Positions 23,753-37,850 of a stretch of DNA of 64,000 nt are shown piece after piece. The notes beneath the pieces were generated by a model that saw only the letters and a list, made by a program, of their open reading frames with translations, was not told the origin of the DNA and searched no databases. This stretch comes from Paraspadella gotoi (Eukaryota > Animalia > Chaetognatha), in contig CM119264.1 in the NCBI GenBank assembly GCA_051294375.1, positions 26,693,298 through 26,757,297 on the forward strand, read 5' to 3'. Within the stretch, counting starts at the first letter, position 1; each line of letters opens with the position of its first letter. The translations under genes and the position numbers were made by a program.

Positions 23753-26700
23753 AAAAATAAGTGACACAAATATAACCTCCTTTCGTATTATCTCTAATAA
23801 ATCTCTCATCTCCATCTCACTTTTATTCAACCGAGGAATATGAAAGCGAGTTTTCCGAACGATGACTTCGAAGTGAAGTCAAACGGAATCATCACACTCC
23901 CTATCTCTCCTAATCTATCTTTCTCACGCTCATCTTTTCAATCCCTACTGTTCAAACCTCCTCTCTCCTTCTCCCCTCCTCCTCCTCTCTTTCTCTCGTC
24001 TCCTTCTCCTCACTCCTCTTCGTCCTCTCTCCATCACCTCTATCACGTCGCTCTTCTGCTCTCTTCTCTTTCTCTCCTCTCATCTCNNNNNNNNNNNNNN
24101 NNNNNNNNNNNTCTTGCCTAATGGAAGAAGTTCTCCTCCCGCGAATTTCCACGCATAACAAACGAAAACTGTATCCATGGCAACGGAAATTGTATCCGTG
24201 TCAANNNNNNNNNNNNNNNNNNNNNNNNNNNNNNNNNNNNNNNNNNNNNNNNNNNNNNNNNNNNNNNNNNNNNNNNNNNNNNNNNNNNNNNNNNNNNNNN
24301 NNNNNNNNNNNNNNNNNNNNNNNNNNNNNNNNNNNNNNNNNNNNNNNNNNNNNNNNNNNNNNNNNNNNNNNNNNNNNNNNNNNNNNNNNNNNNNNNNNNN
24401 NNNNNNNNNNNNNNNNNNNNNNNNNNNNNNNNNNNNNNNNNNNNNNNNNNNNNNNNNNNNNNNNNNNNNCTCTCTCTCTATTTCAAACTCTCACTCTCTC
24501 TCTCCACGGTGGGGTTGATTTGTGGTTAGCGCTCGCAGCGGCGAACGCGTTAACAAAAACAAGTGATCAATGAGGGGTTTTTTCGCAGGCCGATTTTTTT
24601 CTCCCAAAATCTCCCAGGAAACATTAACCGAAAGTCGAGGTGGTGAATTTCACTCTCTCTCTCTNNNNNNNNNNNNNNNNNNNNNNNNNNNNNNNNNNNN
24701 NNNNNNNNNNNNNNNNNNNNNNNNNNNNNNNNNNNNNNNNNNNNNNNNNNNNNNNNNNNNNNNNNNNNNNNNNNNNNNNNNNNNNNNNNNNNNNNNNNNN
24801 NNNNNNNNNNNNNNNNNNNNNNNNNNNNNNNNNNNNNNNNNNNNNNNNNNNNNNTCTCTCTCTCTCTCTCTCTTTCCCCTTCAAAAAAGTTGCATTATCC
24901 AAATATCGAACTTTTAGTTTTTCTCGAACTCAGTCGAGCAGAAATCAATATTTCATTGTTTTTCTTTATATTTTCTCGTTGTTTTTCTTCGTATCATTTG
25001 TTTCTCGCTTTTCTCCTCTTACTGCTGTCGTTTTTCTCCCCTTACGCTTTTCTTTTTGTTATTTGTTTCAGAGTCATGATTTTGGCAGAAGATTTAGTAG
25101 TTAATAGTTTGATTTGGTCTTTTCATGCCAATAATATAAAAGGAAAACAAATTATTTCTGGAAGTAACATAATATTTATATTTAAATAAGCACTGATCTT
25201 CAGAGACTTCTGTCTCCCTCAAAGGTGCATAACAAATTAACACAAAATTTTTCTTTTTTCTTTTCCTCTTTTTTTATTACTGCTTTTATTTTCTGTTTCT
25301 TCTGAATTTGAAATAAATTAATATAAATTTATGTAATACTAAACTTTAACTTTTTCCTAACACACCTGTACTTCACTCAATCTCCTTTACTTCTCTAAAA
25401 TTTCCTCCTTTACTTCTCTAACACAACGCCCAAACCTCTCTTAATCCTTTTCTAAAATCCTTGGCCCCCAAAACTCCGGTACTCTGCTTGAGATGGCGTC
25501 TATAGAAAATCGAATCGAAGCCTCAGGCTTTTTTNNNNNNNNNNNNNNNNNNNNNNNNNNNNNNNNNNNNNNNNNNNNNNNNNNNNNNNNNNNNNNNNNN
25601 NNNNNNNNNNNNNNNNNNNNNNNNNNNNNNNNNNNNNNNNNNNNNNNNNNNNNNNNNNNNNNNNNNNNNNNNNNNNNNNNNNNNNNNNNNNNNNNNNNNN
25701 NNNNNNNNNNNNNNNNNNNNNNNNNNNNNNNNNNNNNNNNNNNNNNNNNNNNNNNNNNNNNNNNNNNNNNNNNNNNNNNNNAGAGAGAGAGAGAGAGAGA
25801 GAGAGTAAATCAGATAACATTCTGTAATAAGAGAGGAGAAAATGAACCACTTTGAATTTGTACTCGAAGAATTAAGGACCTTGACATTTTTTTCTTTCTG
25901 CCAGTTTTATCCTCCAATCGATCGCCCCACTTTTTTTATTTCCTTCCTGGGTCCCTTTAAAAGTCTTTCCTCTTCTCCCCNNNNNNNNNNNNNNNNNNNN
26001 NNNNNNNNNNNNNNNNNNNNNNNNNNNNNNNNNNNNNNNNNNNNNNNNNNNNNNNNNNNNNNNNNNNNNNNNNNNNNNNNNNNNNNNNNNNNNNNNNNNN
26101 NNNNNNNNNNNNNNNNNNNNNNNNNNNNNNNNNNNNNNNNNNNNNNNNNNNNNNNNNNNNNNNNNNNNNNNNNNNNNNNNNNNNNNNNNNNNNNNNNNNN
26201 NNNNGGTCCGCGTCGAAAGCGAGATCCAATTTCAAACCGGATTTTGTTTTTCAACTTAATCGCCAAGTTTGTTATTTTAGTTTTAATTTTACTTTTATTT
26301 TAATACGCTTTTAAATTTTCTATTTCTGAAATTCCATCTTTATGGGCCGAAGGTGATGGCCAGTGGCAACGAGGCGATTTTTTTGGGGGGAGGGGCAATT
26401 GAGTGAAATGGTAAAGAGAATTTTCGATCGTGATTGTGAAATTGGATAGAGACTCACGAAATGACTTTCGAAAGGTGTTACTAAGAAAACAAACGTTAAC
26501 TAATCACAATAAAACTCTAATTAAACATAGTACAGTTGCAGAATAAAGAAACGAAGCCCGCATTTTAAACTCCCACGTAAAATTACTTAATAAAAGTGAC
26601 CCAAAGGAAAATTATTTAAATCCCTACTATAAAGAAAGCTATAGTTAGGCTTGCCTCGGGCGCAGCGGAGGAAGTTTCNNNNNNNNNNNNNNNNNNNNNN

Positions 26701-27000
26701 NNNNNNNNNNNNNNNNNNNNNNNNNNNNNNNNNNNNNNNNNNNNNNNNNNNNNNNNNNNNNNNNNNNNNNNNNNNNNNNNNNNNNNNNNNNNNNNNNNNN
26801 NNNNNNNNNNNNNNNNNNNNNNNNNNNNNNNNNNNNNNNNNNNNNNNNNNNNNNNNNNNNNNNNNNNNNNNNNNNNNNNNNNNNNNNNNNNNNNNNTAGT
26901 GGTCAAGTTAAGTGTGTTGAGTTCCTCCCGGAATCGAGTCCCATCTATTTTTATGTCTCCTTTGGAATTTATTCTCATTAGTTTCTCGTCGCCCTTCTCC

Positions 27001-27120
27001 CTTTTTCTCTTTCAAAGGTCCTTTTCCTTTTATCTTTTCCTTCTATATCATCCTCCTTTCCTTTTCCTCTTTTAAAGATCCTTTTCCTTTTATCTTTTCC
27101 TTCTATATCATTCTCCTTTT
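27001..27120 (+). repeat. 60-bp tandem repeat, 2 copies
   Basis: TCCTTTTCCTTTTATCTTTTCCTTCTATATCAT recurs at a 60-bp offset. Confidence 0.85.
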
Positions 27121-27715
27121 TTCTCTTCTCCTTTTCTTTTAATAAAGACCTTTTATGTTTAACCATTTTCCTTTCTTATCTTTTCCTTTATTTCTTTTAT
27201 TTTTTCATTTCCTTTCACATTTTCCCTTCTTTGTCTCATTTTTCATATTTCTTCAAACTCGAAATTTTATCGCTTCTTGTTTTCCTTTCTCTTTTTTTGA
27301 GTTACAATCATTGTAAAAATTGTTTTTTTCTTCCGTCTGCCTCCCATATTTTTTTTCAATCTCAACACGAAATATGTTCCGGGNNNNNNNNNNNNNNNNN
27401 NNNNNNNNNNNNNNNNNNNNNNNNNNNNNNNNNNNNNNNNNNNNNNNNNNNNNNNNNNNNNNNNNNNNNNNNNNNNNNNNNNNNNNNNNNNNNNNNNNNN
27501 NNNNNNNNNNNNNNNNNNNNNNNNNNNNNNNNNNNNNNNNNNNNNNNNNNNNNNNNNNNNNNNNNNNNNNNNNNNNNNNNNNNNNNNNNNNNNNNNNNNN
27601 ACCGCCTCGCCGCGCCGCCACGCGGGCGACAAAGAAACTCTTAGTTTTTTGTTTCGTTCGTCGCGGAGAAAAGTCGATGAAAAAGACGCCGAACGTAACG
27701 CGTCCAAAATAGCGG

Positions 27716-27872
27716 TGATGATGATAATGATTATTATTGATGAAGATGATGATGATGATGATGATTTTGATGATGATGTTGATGATGATGATGATGATAA
27801 TGATGATGATGATGATGATGGTGATGATGATCATGATGATGATGACGGTGATTTTGAAGATGGCAAATGATG
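27716..27872 (+). repeat. Interrupted (GAT)n microsatellite
   Basis: Seen directly. Confidence 0.95.
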
Positions 27873-28016
27873 ATATATTAAGTCCTATAATGTATAATAT
27901 GACAGGTCTCTCTTTCCGCCAAACGATTTCAAACCTCGTCTGCTTTTTACGTTGTTGCGTCACAAACACACGTCATTCGCAGACTTAAAATCTTTGCTTT
28001 TCAATTCTTTTCTTAT

Positions 28017-28128
28017 TTTTTCTTTTCTTTTCTTTTCTTTTCTTTTCTTTTCTTTTCTTTTCTTTTCTTTTCTTTTCTTTTCTTTTCTTTTCTTTTCTTT
28101 TCTTTTCTTTTCTTTTCTTTTCTTTTCT
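28017..28128 (+). repeat. (TTTTC)n pentanucleotide repeat
   Basis: Seen directly; another such tract lies at about 39951-40045. Confidence 0.95.
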
Positions 28129-29185
28129 ATCGCGCGATTTTTTTTTTGTTTTTGTTTTTGTTTTTGCCACGAAGGTTAAAGGATGACGCCGCCGCGCCGC
28201 CGCCGCCGCCGCCGCTGCCACACTCCGTCGTCGTCGTCTTTGTCCTCGTCTATGTCTCAGTTGTCTTAGTCGTCCTCGTCATGTGTGTCTTTGACATCGC
28301 CGTTCCTTTCTCCTTTCCGGCGTTTTTAATCCGTTTCCGGATTCCGGTTTCCGACAGAGGTCGCTCGAGTAGAACCAGCCAATGTTACTGAGGTGACATT
28401 AGTCAATTGTTTAAAACTAATTCTTATCTTTTGTTTATTTTTTTTCTTTTCTGCTCTCAACGATTGACTTCGATTAACAGGTAAGTCAAATGGTCATGAT
28501 ATTAATTATTATTAAAATTAAATTAATTATTAAAATTATTGTATTGATATTTTCTGATAATCATCTACTCATTTATTTTATTATCTATTAATCATATATC
28601 TATTAATTTGAAACGATTATTTCGCGTCATCCCACTAAATTTTAAGAAATCATTTTCATCGCCACTTGCTTGCAACTTTATTGCTTTCCTTTCTTCTGCT
28701 TGTACTTCGTGGAAGCGCAAATCGATTTTCTTTCTTTATTTCTTCCTAATTAATATGTTTTTTATTATTTCTATTTTATTTTCTATTTGTTTTTTTTCTT
28801 TCGTTAATCAATACGACTTTCATCTATATTTTTTCAATAATTTTACACTCTTCACGAAAAAAAATCATTATCCTTTGTCACAATGACATTGCGGGAGCTC
28901 AATATTTTTATAAGATCTTGCACAACAAAAAAATACTTACGAAATTTATCATTTAAAAGAATATCAATTATTGTCTTTTATCGAAACCTAATGGTTAAAT
29001 AGTAAAATATGTTTAAAAACGCTTCAACAATACAAATGAACCATGAAGGTTTTTCTTTAAAAATAGTTAATTTGAAACTACCGGTAATTACAGTCAAATT
29101 GTAAAAAATCAAAGAACTAAAAACAGTTGGTCTTAGATTTTTTCCTGTCGAACATAAATTTCAAACTCGACTCGTTTTCCCCTCA

Positions 29186-29485
29186 TATATATACTTGATT
29201 GGCAGGGCGAATGAGGAGTTAGGGAATTTGCAGGGTGGTGCTTATAATTCGAGCCTCTGTGTATATATACTTGATTGGCAGGGCGAATGAGAGTTAGGGA
29301 ATTTTGCAGGGTGGTGCTTATAATTCGAGCCTCTGTGTATATATACTGATGGCAGGCGAATGAGGAGTTAGGGAATTTTGCAGGGTGTGCTTATAATTCG
29401 AGCCTCTGTGTATATATACTTGATTGGCAGGGCAATGAGGAGTTAGGGAATTTTGCAGGGTGGTGCTTATAATTCGAGCTCTGTG
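29186..29485 (+). repeat. ~75-bp minisatellite, 4 near-identical copies
   Basis: Unit TATATATACTTGATTGGCAGGGCGAATGAGGAGTTAGGGAATTTTGCAGGGTGGTGCTTATAATTCGAGCCTCTGTG at about 29186, 29262, 29338 and 29411. Confidence 0.95.
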
Positions 29486-29975
29486 AACCGCCACCACACC
29501 AAACCGTGACCACGTGGGTTCTTTTCCTCTCAACCGAACAAACTAGGACCAAGAAAGATTCGTTTGTTCTTGGTCCCATGAAAAATCTAATCCAGTGAAG
29601 GAGGACGAAAGAGAGAAACCGGGCGAAGGAAAAACATTGCCGATAATGACAACCTTTATCGAGAGAGCGAGCGAGATATCAAAAAAAGCTCTCATGCTCT
29701 CTTCTCTCGAATCTGCTCGTCTCTTTCCTCTCGTCTCTCTCAGTCTCTGCTCTCTCTCCTCTTCTCTCTCTCTCTCTCTGGGATTCATTCCCTTTTTCTG
29801 GTTCATCCAAAATCTTCATTAAAAGTCAAACAAGGCGTACGCGGCTCTCTGCGCAAGAAAAAATATAAATTAATCACCGGCATCCCCGAAAAAAAAAAGA
29901 AATTTTTAAATCGACGGCGCGACCGCAGAGAAAGAGAGAGAGAGAGAGAGAGTAGAGAGATAGAGAGAGAGAGAG

Positions 29976-30026
<51 letters not shown>

Positions 30027-31227
30027 GCTCCCTCGACATCTCTTAACTTCGTCTGGGATCGAATTTCTGGTGAAAAAAAAAAACTTTGAAAAAAAAAAAA
30101 AATTTCGTCCTCGAATTTTCTTCTCTCGTTTTTTTCTTTCTTTCTCGTCTTTCTTTTTGTTCTTCTTTTTGTTCTTCTTTTTGTTCTTCTTTTTGTTCTT
30201 ATTTTTGTTCTTCTTCTCTCCCCTCTCTGTTTAGCCTGTCGTCGTCGTCGTCAACGCATCGTAAATATCGTCCTTCGTTACTGTCAACACATCATTACAT
30301 TCAGTACATTAACGTCAGGGATCGATAATCACGTCAGAATTTCGATTTCACACTTTTTCTCCTCGTCTCTATCGCTAATTCTTTATTTCACACTTATCTT
30401 AAATAATTTTCTCTTCGAATCTAACTCAATTAAAAATATTTTCATTTGACAAACTCCTCTCATTTTATTTCCTTTTTCTTTTTCCTTTCTCCTTATACTT
30501 TCCCTGTTCCCACGTTAATTTTCCTTCTTCCAATTCTATCTCTTACCCCACATCCCTATTTCCTTTTTCCTCTTTCTTCGATCCACAATGAAAACCCCCA
30601 ATTTGCCTAAACCCCCCCACACAACCTCCATTACCCACTCCTCCCCCTTCACATGAGATTCGCCTCAGTTTTCGTCTTAATACTCATAACAGATTCTTAT
30701 TTGTTTTCGTCTTGAGTCGAAGAGACGAGACGCATCCTGAATCTTCGATCATGAATTTGTTATCCTGAATTTTCTATCCTGAATATACGATTTTCTATCC
30801 TGAGAAACCTGAATCTATTCTTTGTGAAAGTTGAGTATTACATCTTGAATCGGAACGGGTTGGAGCCTAATCCCGATTTTTACATAAGTTGCATTCTTTG
30901 ATTACAGCTGACTTGATAACCTGTTTTAAGACGTCGTCACCGAACTCTTTTGGTTGTTTTTTTTTGTTGAGAACACTAGTATATTTTTGCAAACATACTC
31001 TGCATTGGGTGTGAATTTGTCGCTAGACTGTCACGCCCCTTGAGGGAACCGTGATCCTCCCTAACTCGCCTCCTTACCTCAACCTCACCAACCCCCATTC
31101 AACATTCGCCTTCACGAATCTTTAAAAACCCGGATGCAACTTGACAACCGGACGTATCATATCGTATCGTACCGTCTAATTACAAGTTGTAATCGTTTCC
31201 ATTAAGGTTTAATTTCTTTTATTACAG

Positions 31228-31346
31228 GTTATAGGAAACTTAATGTTCTGTGGCAGGTCCTGAGAAACCACTGCCCTTCTCCAGCCTTATTCACGACACA
31301 TTTTCCCTCTCGAGTCCGTCCGCCTTTTCCGTCCGATAATATATCG
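31228..31346 (+). CDS. Candidate internal exon (YRKLNVLWQVLRNHCPSPALFTTHFPSRVRPPFPSDNIS)
   Basis: TTTCTTTTATTACAG acceptor, GTAAAT donor, one open frame. Confidence 0.35.
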
Positions 31347-33735
31347 GTAAATAAGCTTATGTTGAGAGATGAAAGAGACGGATCAAAAAAGTAAACAAAG
31401 GAGCATCGGCCTCGCGACCGTAATACCGATTTTCGATAGAAGAAAGAAAGAGTAAAAAAGTGATTCTCCGTTTGCTTTTTTTTTTCCGTCGGCGACATGG
31501 AATCGCTTTTCTTAGAAATGATATGAATAAATGCGAATCTACGGATCAACATCCGCCAAAGATCGCAAAATCAGCTCAATTCGAAAACATTCGGTAAAAC
31601 GTGTCGTCCTATATTCGAAACAGGACCTTACGTATTACGTTCTCAGTTATTCTCTGAATCATAGAAATTGTCTTCTTACTCGCTCATGGTAATTCTTGAA
31701 CCCTTTTCTTAGTCTAAAAAACTTTTTATTTTTCCAATCTGTTTTTCTCTTTCCTTCCACAATTTCCTACCAGGAATTTTGAGTTGGTTTCTCACCCGAG
31801 TACGCCGGTTCCGCCTCCCGCGGCCACCGTCTTCTTTTCCAAACCGCCCCCCCCCTCCCCCAACCCTAAAACTTATTTTTTTTCCAGTTAAATAACTAAT
31901 TATGAACTACAAAAACTACAAATGCTTATGATTCAATTATTTTATATTCAAACCAGAAACGTGACCTCTATTTTGTCCACTTTATGCAGCCGGTCTGACA
32001 AAGCAACATTCAGCCGACACTAGTATTTTTTTTTGTTATCAAATCATATCCATCTTCAATTTATTATTATATACATACAACTATATATACAACCCCAATT
32101 CCCAAAACTCTTCCTACCCAACATATCCTCTTTGGAAATCTCCTAATTAATTAAGAATCAGAACCGAATCGACACAGAAATTCTTGACCTTCCACCCCCC
32201 CCCCCCAGTTCTCTCACCTCCCTTCCCTCCATCCAACCACTCTGCTATCCAACCCCTCTATCCAACCTCCTCTCTCCTCGCCGTCGGCTTCTTCCCTCTC
32301 CTATTTCTCGTTTTCACTTCCTTATCAAAATTTCCTTTCTTATCGACGAAAAGGAGAGAGATTGTTTGCATCGTATCAGTAAGCGTCAGAGTAGCCGAGG
32401 GACGATGGGGGGGGGTAGAAGATTTGGGACTCGGGGGATTCGGTGTGGGGATTGCGGTAAAAGAATCGGCGGGATCATAGATCGAGATTATCGGACGGAT
32501 GAGGATTAGTCTGGATTGAGGGGATTGGTGGTAAAAGAATCGCGGGATTGGGGAAGTTCGAAGGAAATTTGGGGGATTTGGGTAAAAGAATTGCGGGGGA
32601 TAGGGATCAGGGATTGGGGTCAAAGAATCGGTTGAAGAGGGGGAGCCAGTGATCAAAGTCAAAAGTGAGATGAGGAAAGAAGAGAAATTGAATGAAATTA
32701 GAAATTTGGTGAATAACCAGGTTGTGGCAAGTAGATGAGATGGAGGAGAATATGGCAAAATAAGGGAAGGGCAGATGGCAAAAGGAGAAGAAGGGAGATG
32801 GCAAAATTTGAAAACGGAGTCCAATTGGCGGAGGATTTTCTTTTTTCTTTTTTATTATTGAATTAAAACTAAAAAAAAAAAAATCGGACATTGTTAAAAT
32901 CGGTCGTTTTCTCTCTTTCTCTCGCGAGGTTTGTTTAAGGTCGGGTTACATCTGACGTTCGTTTTACTTTCGTCTTAACTCATCCGCCCCTCGGTCGGAG
33001 ATCAACCACTCACCTCCCCTCACCCAACCGCTCACCGACCTTCACTCTTCACTCCCTCACCCAAGTTATTAAAAGAAATTCGCTCAAGAAATAAGTTGGT
33101 TTTTTTTTTCATCCGTCTCTCTCGACTTCTCTTTATTTTTTTTTTCTTTAGTATATATATTTTTTTATATTTTCCGCGTTATTCGATTATGTTTTTTTTG
33201 GAAAAAAACATTATTACTTCAACTCCTTTTTTGTGGCTTATTTATTTTATGCGAAAATTATTCCGCGATGAAGACGTCGTAACTGTCGTCGTCGTCGTCG
33301 TCGTCGTCGTCCACGACCTTGTCATCGTCGTCGTCGTCGTCGTCGTCATCATTTCTTCAATTGCCAAAATCATAGAGAATTTTCAAACAGAAAACATAAT
33401 TTAGGAAACTAAATAGAAATTATCGACGCAATTCGTTCGAGTTTAAAAGAGAATGGGATTTCGCGTTGAGGAATTAAACTTAAAACTCATTAGTTTCGTG
33501 TGGAATTTTGTCACATTTAAGAATTTTGCAAAATTGAGGTCTCGACACTATTGCTACATTAGAAATACAGTGGAAATAATGATAGCTTTGGAATACTGTT
33601 GAAATAATTATTATTGATTTCACCTTCTTTTTATCAAATTTAGTTTCCTCGTATAAAAGCGTATAAATCGAATGAAATTGCAGTCATCGTCTTCTCTCGA
33701 CGATCTTAAGAAATATTGTTAAGGATTTTTGATAA

Positions 33736-33783
33736 AGGATTAAGGATTAAGGATTAAGGATTAAGGATTAAGGATTAAGGATT
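33736..33783 (+). repeat. (TAAGGAT)n heptamer, about 7 copies
   Basis: Seen directly. Confidence 0.9.
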
Positions 33784-34928
33784 TGTGATAAAGTGCCCAC
33801 TTTTCCGATTTTAAGAAATCCCCCTCCGCCTTTGCTCCACCGAAAGGTTCGTGACCTGGACACTCTTCCCTTAAAATGGGAAAAGCTTCGCTGAAATTCT
33901 CAATGAAAGACCCGGTTTTTTCCTTTTTCTTCTTTTTTGTTTTTCTTTTTTTTTTTTTTTTCTGGACCCAGAGGTTTTTCTCTCTAACCTGGCTCTTTTC
34001 ATTAACCGTCATAACCTCGGACTTTATGTTCAAAATATGACCTCGGACTGACCTTTTTATTTTACTCCCTGTTCTCGATCTTTATCTCGCTCTCTCGGGT
34101 CTTTCTCTCACTCAACCTGGTTCGTATTTACATCGCATCTGTCCCTTTTTTCCTTATTTTTTATCCATATCTCACTACTTACTTTCCGTCTCTCGTCTCT
34201 CGTCTCTCATCTCTCTCTCGCTCTCTCTCTCCGCCTCTCTCTCTCTCTTCAGATTCGCTTCAGCCTTGCACCTAGACGTACGGTTGAGTTCTGAATTCAC
34301 AGTCGGTGTGAGTTCGAGCCACAGGGGAAAGAAGCAGATGTTTTCTGCATCAGGAATTATGACTGGATTTCGACGGAAAAGCCAAAGTTTTTTCACGGGA
34401 TAAAAGGGTCGAGAGGGGAAAAGGGAGAGGGAGTGGGGAAAAATTTTTAAATGGAGAGAGAGAGGGAGAGGGAGAGAGACTGAGAAAAATTCGGAGATCG
34501 AGTGGGAGAGAGTGAGAGAGGGAAAGGGAGGGGGAGAGAGAAGGTGAACATCGTCGAGGGGCGGAGAAGACTCACGACGAAGAGTAGAGAGGTTGGACAG
34601 ATTGAGATTGACCTAAATGTTAATTAAAGAGAAGAAATAAAAAAAAGAGAAGTTGAAAACGAAAATGAATTGATTTGGAAAGAATCGGGTGAAATTGGAA
34701 TCGAAGTGGAAGGAGCCAAAGTTAAACGGCGGGAGTAAAAAATCGTTGTTTAATTACTGGTCATATGATTTACCACTGTGACACTGTGTGCACTGTGCAA
34801 AGCTTTCACAGTTGACGAGAAGAGAGAAAGGGACTTTCACTTGTGATTTGTCTTGTAGGAAATTGTATTTAAAATATTTCCTGATTGAAATCTAGTCCTA
34901 CGTAGTATAATCATATGAAGACACTCAC

Positions 34929-34978
34929 CCCGGGATATAAGAGAAGTTAGGTGATCGAAATCGCGACGCGGGGTGACT
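34929..34978 (-). CDS. Candidate 50-nt micro-exon (VTPRRDFDHLTSLISR)
   Basis: Long polypyrimidine tract, GATTTCAG acceptor and GTGAGT donor. Confidence 0.35.
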
Positions 34979-36223
34979 CTGAAATCAGCGCAGGGAAATG
35001 AGAGGGAAAGGAAATTCTTATCCAAGAGATTTTTATCGGGAGAAGAAGGAAAGAGAAAATTGGGAAGGCGGAAATTTGGGAAAGAAAAAGGGAGAGGAGA
35101 AAGGAGAGGAGGAAGAAGAGGAGGAAAAGGAGAGGAGAAAGGATTGAAAAGTAGAAATGAAAGGAATGAAAAATGATTAAAGGATGAAAGAAGTGACAGG
35201 AACTGATCGAGGAAAAAGACGAAAGCGAAAAGACTAAATATGTCGATTATGATTTCATAATGATTGTGAAATTCTTGAATTAATTTTTTGAGAAAATGGT
35301 GCAAAATAATCGTTTTGAAAATCCGTGCAATAATTGTATCTATATTTAAATCATAAACTGTTTTAAAGATAAAAAAAAGTGCCAACGTTCTCTTAAAACC
35401 ATTTGAAATGTAATCAAACGAAAGCTAAAATAAAATAAAAAAATATCCACGATTGTGAATTGATACTCATGAATGTACTAATACAAATGTAGAAAGTCGA
35501 CCCCAATGAAGGTGAAAATGAGAACGAGGTAAGCAGTGATTGCTTAATCCCAAGCGATTACTGGAAGTCACGTGATCGTGAATTCGTTGACGCAAATTTG
35601 AAAATCGACGTGAAAGTCCCTTAAGGTAGGGGCGGGACGGGGGTGGCAGAGAATGGTGGAAGATGGTGAAAAGCGTTGTGATTCAAAATCGGTTAAGTAA
35701 TGATGCGAGTCACGTGAAATAAAATGATGGAAATGATTGCATTTATTGATTGAATGAATGAATTTCTTGAATTGATTTCCCAAATAAAAATTAATTCATT
35801 GAAATGGAATTGGGAAAGTACAACTTTTAATTAGAAAAAGATTCAAAATACTTAAGAAACTTGAATCTATTTAAATAAAAAACAAAGTCAATTCCATGCA
35901 TTTGGCGCTCTATGTTAATCTCGACTGAGCGACTAATACGATGGGTTCACCGACTTGGGAGACTCACGAAAATATTTCCGTGATTCCATTTTAATCTCGG
36001 ATTCCGAATTAATGAAGATAAATTTAGCCGTCAACTTTTCGCCTTTTTTTTTTGTCGTTAACGAGTCTCGCAATTTTGGTAAGAAACGAATGTTCGCAGA
36101 TTTTTTCGATTCAACTTCATTTGACGCGGAAAGATGAAAAACGCTTCCCAAGGCAGTTGCTAACCTGTATACGAGAGAGAGAGAGAGAGAGACGGAGATG
36201 AGAGAGAGAGAGAGCAGCAGGAC

Positions 36224-36270
<47 letters not shown>

Positions 36271-36967
36271 AGAAGAATAGCCTAATTTTTCCTTCCTTTT
36301 TTTTTTGGTTCGTTCTCCGAAATTCGAGTAAATTACGACGAAGACTCGACGAGCGAATTGCATTTGTCGCCGACCGCCAATTTTTGCCTAGCCCCCACCC
36401 CCCTCCCACCTCGGCTTCTCCTCCCACCACCCCTAAACGCCCCCGCTCCCCCCCTTCTCCCTGATTCTTAATGGTCCCCGTCATCAATTTCTTTCTTATT
36501 TTTATTTAGAAAAAAGAAAAAAAAAAGGATATTTTTTGTGAATGAACGACACGACTGCCGACAATGCAAACGACAAATGCACCCGCGCGACAGATGTAAC
36601 CAACCGACAGTCGCAATCCCGGGCTTTGATTTATAGTCACATCGGAGTCGCGCTGAAGGAGGCGGTTGGGTGGAAAGGGGGGAGGGTGGAAGAGGATTGG
36701 GAGAGTGGGGTATGGAAGGGGTCGAGATTAGAATTAGGGAATAGAGATAGGAAAAGTGGAATCAGATTTTATTAAGTTTTGGGGATGAAGTTGAATGGGA
36801 GTTGGAAGATGAGGTGAGTGAATGAGGATCACTCGTGGGAGGAAATGAAAATGATAGTTGGAACGGAGCGACCAACGGGGAAAAGAAATTGTAGGAAATG
36901 TTAAGTATATCGATGTTTTACGTTCTCAGAGAGAAGAGAAAGCAAGAGAGAGAGGAGAGAGCAGAGA

Positions 36968-37008
<41 letters not shown>

Positions 37009-37522
37009 ATTAGAATGTTATAAGTTGAGTTCGACCTCCGGTTATCACTAAGGAATCAAGTGAAATTGAATGAAGACTCGTAAGGTTCCATTGAACCGAC
37101 GCAAAAAAAAACCCCGGCTTAATCAACGTTCGAAAAAAAAATAACTTTCCATCGACAGAGTTGTGATAATTTACAAAGTTATCTCGCGATCACCGGCGAT
37201 GACGAAAAAGAAAAATCATTCGCTGAATTATTCCAGCAAAAAAAAACTCGTTCGCTTCGATTTTTCAATGAAAAACTGTAAAGAAGGAGAAAAAAATAAA
37301 AATTCCTCGACGCGAAACTCCGGATGAATTTTTTTTTTTAAATTTTTCCAAACGATTGAATCCCAAAAAAATTTTCTTTCCCGTCGCGAAATTGGAATAA
37401 ATTAAGTCGCGTTAATCGGCTCCCGCTGTAATTAGTTTTTCATCGACCGATCGTTAAAAACTTCGCCTCGATTTTTTTCTTTTTTTTTCATGGTTGACGT
37501 TCATCGTGTGGATGTCGCGAGA

Positions 37523-37716
37523 GACATCTTCATTAAGATCATCGTCGTCTTCATCGTCGTCGTTTTTGTAATCATCATCATCATCATCGTAATCATCATC
37601 ATCATCATCATCATAAGCATCATCATCACACTCATCATCACACTCATCATCTTTGTCTTTATCATCATCGTCAATCATCAAGGTCAGCATTATAACCATT
37701 TTGCATATTATTATTG

Positions 37717-37775
<59 letters not shown>

Positions 37776-37850
37776 GTCGTCGTCGTGATCCTCATCATCG
37801 CCTCAGAAGCCATCTTCAGGACATCTTCATTAAGATCTTCATCGTCGTCG
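37523..37850 (+). repeat. (ATC)n tract bracketed by the direct repeat GACATCTTCATTAAGATC
   Basis: 18-nt identical sequence at about 37523 and 37820, each followed closely by ATCGTCGTC. Confidence 0.85.

Noticed and set aside
29186-29485. CRISPR array or HDV-like ribozyme (GGCGAATG)
   Set aside because: No unique spacers, no cas genes and a eukaryotic context; I could not build the HDV P1-P3 pairing.
34252-34390. Exon candidate after an (TC)n CAG acceptor
   Set aside because: Open frames exist on both strands, there is no good donor, and the strand cannot be decided.
34838-34860. Flatworm spliced-leader similarity (CTTGTGATTTGT)
   Set aside because: Only a 12-nt match, with no terminal ATG|GT and no Sm site.
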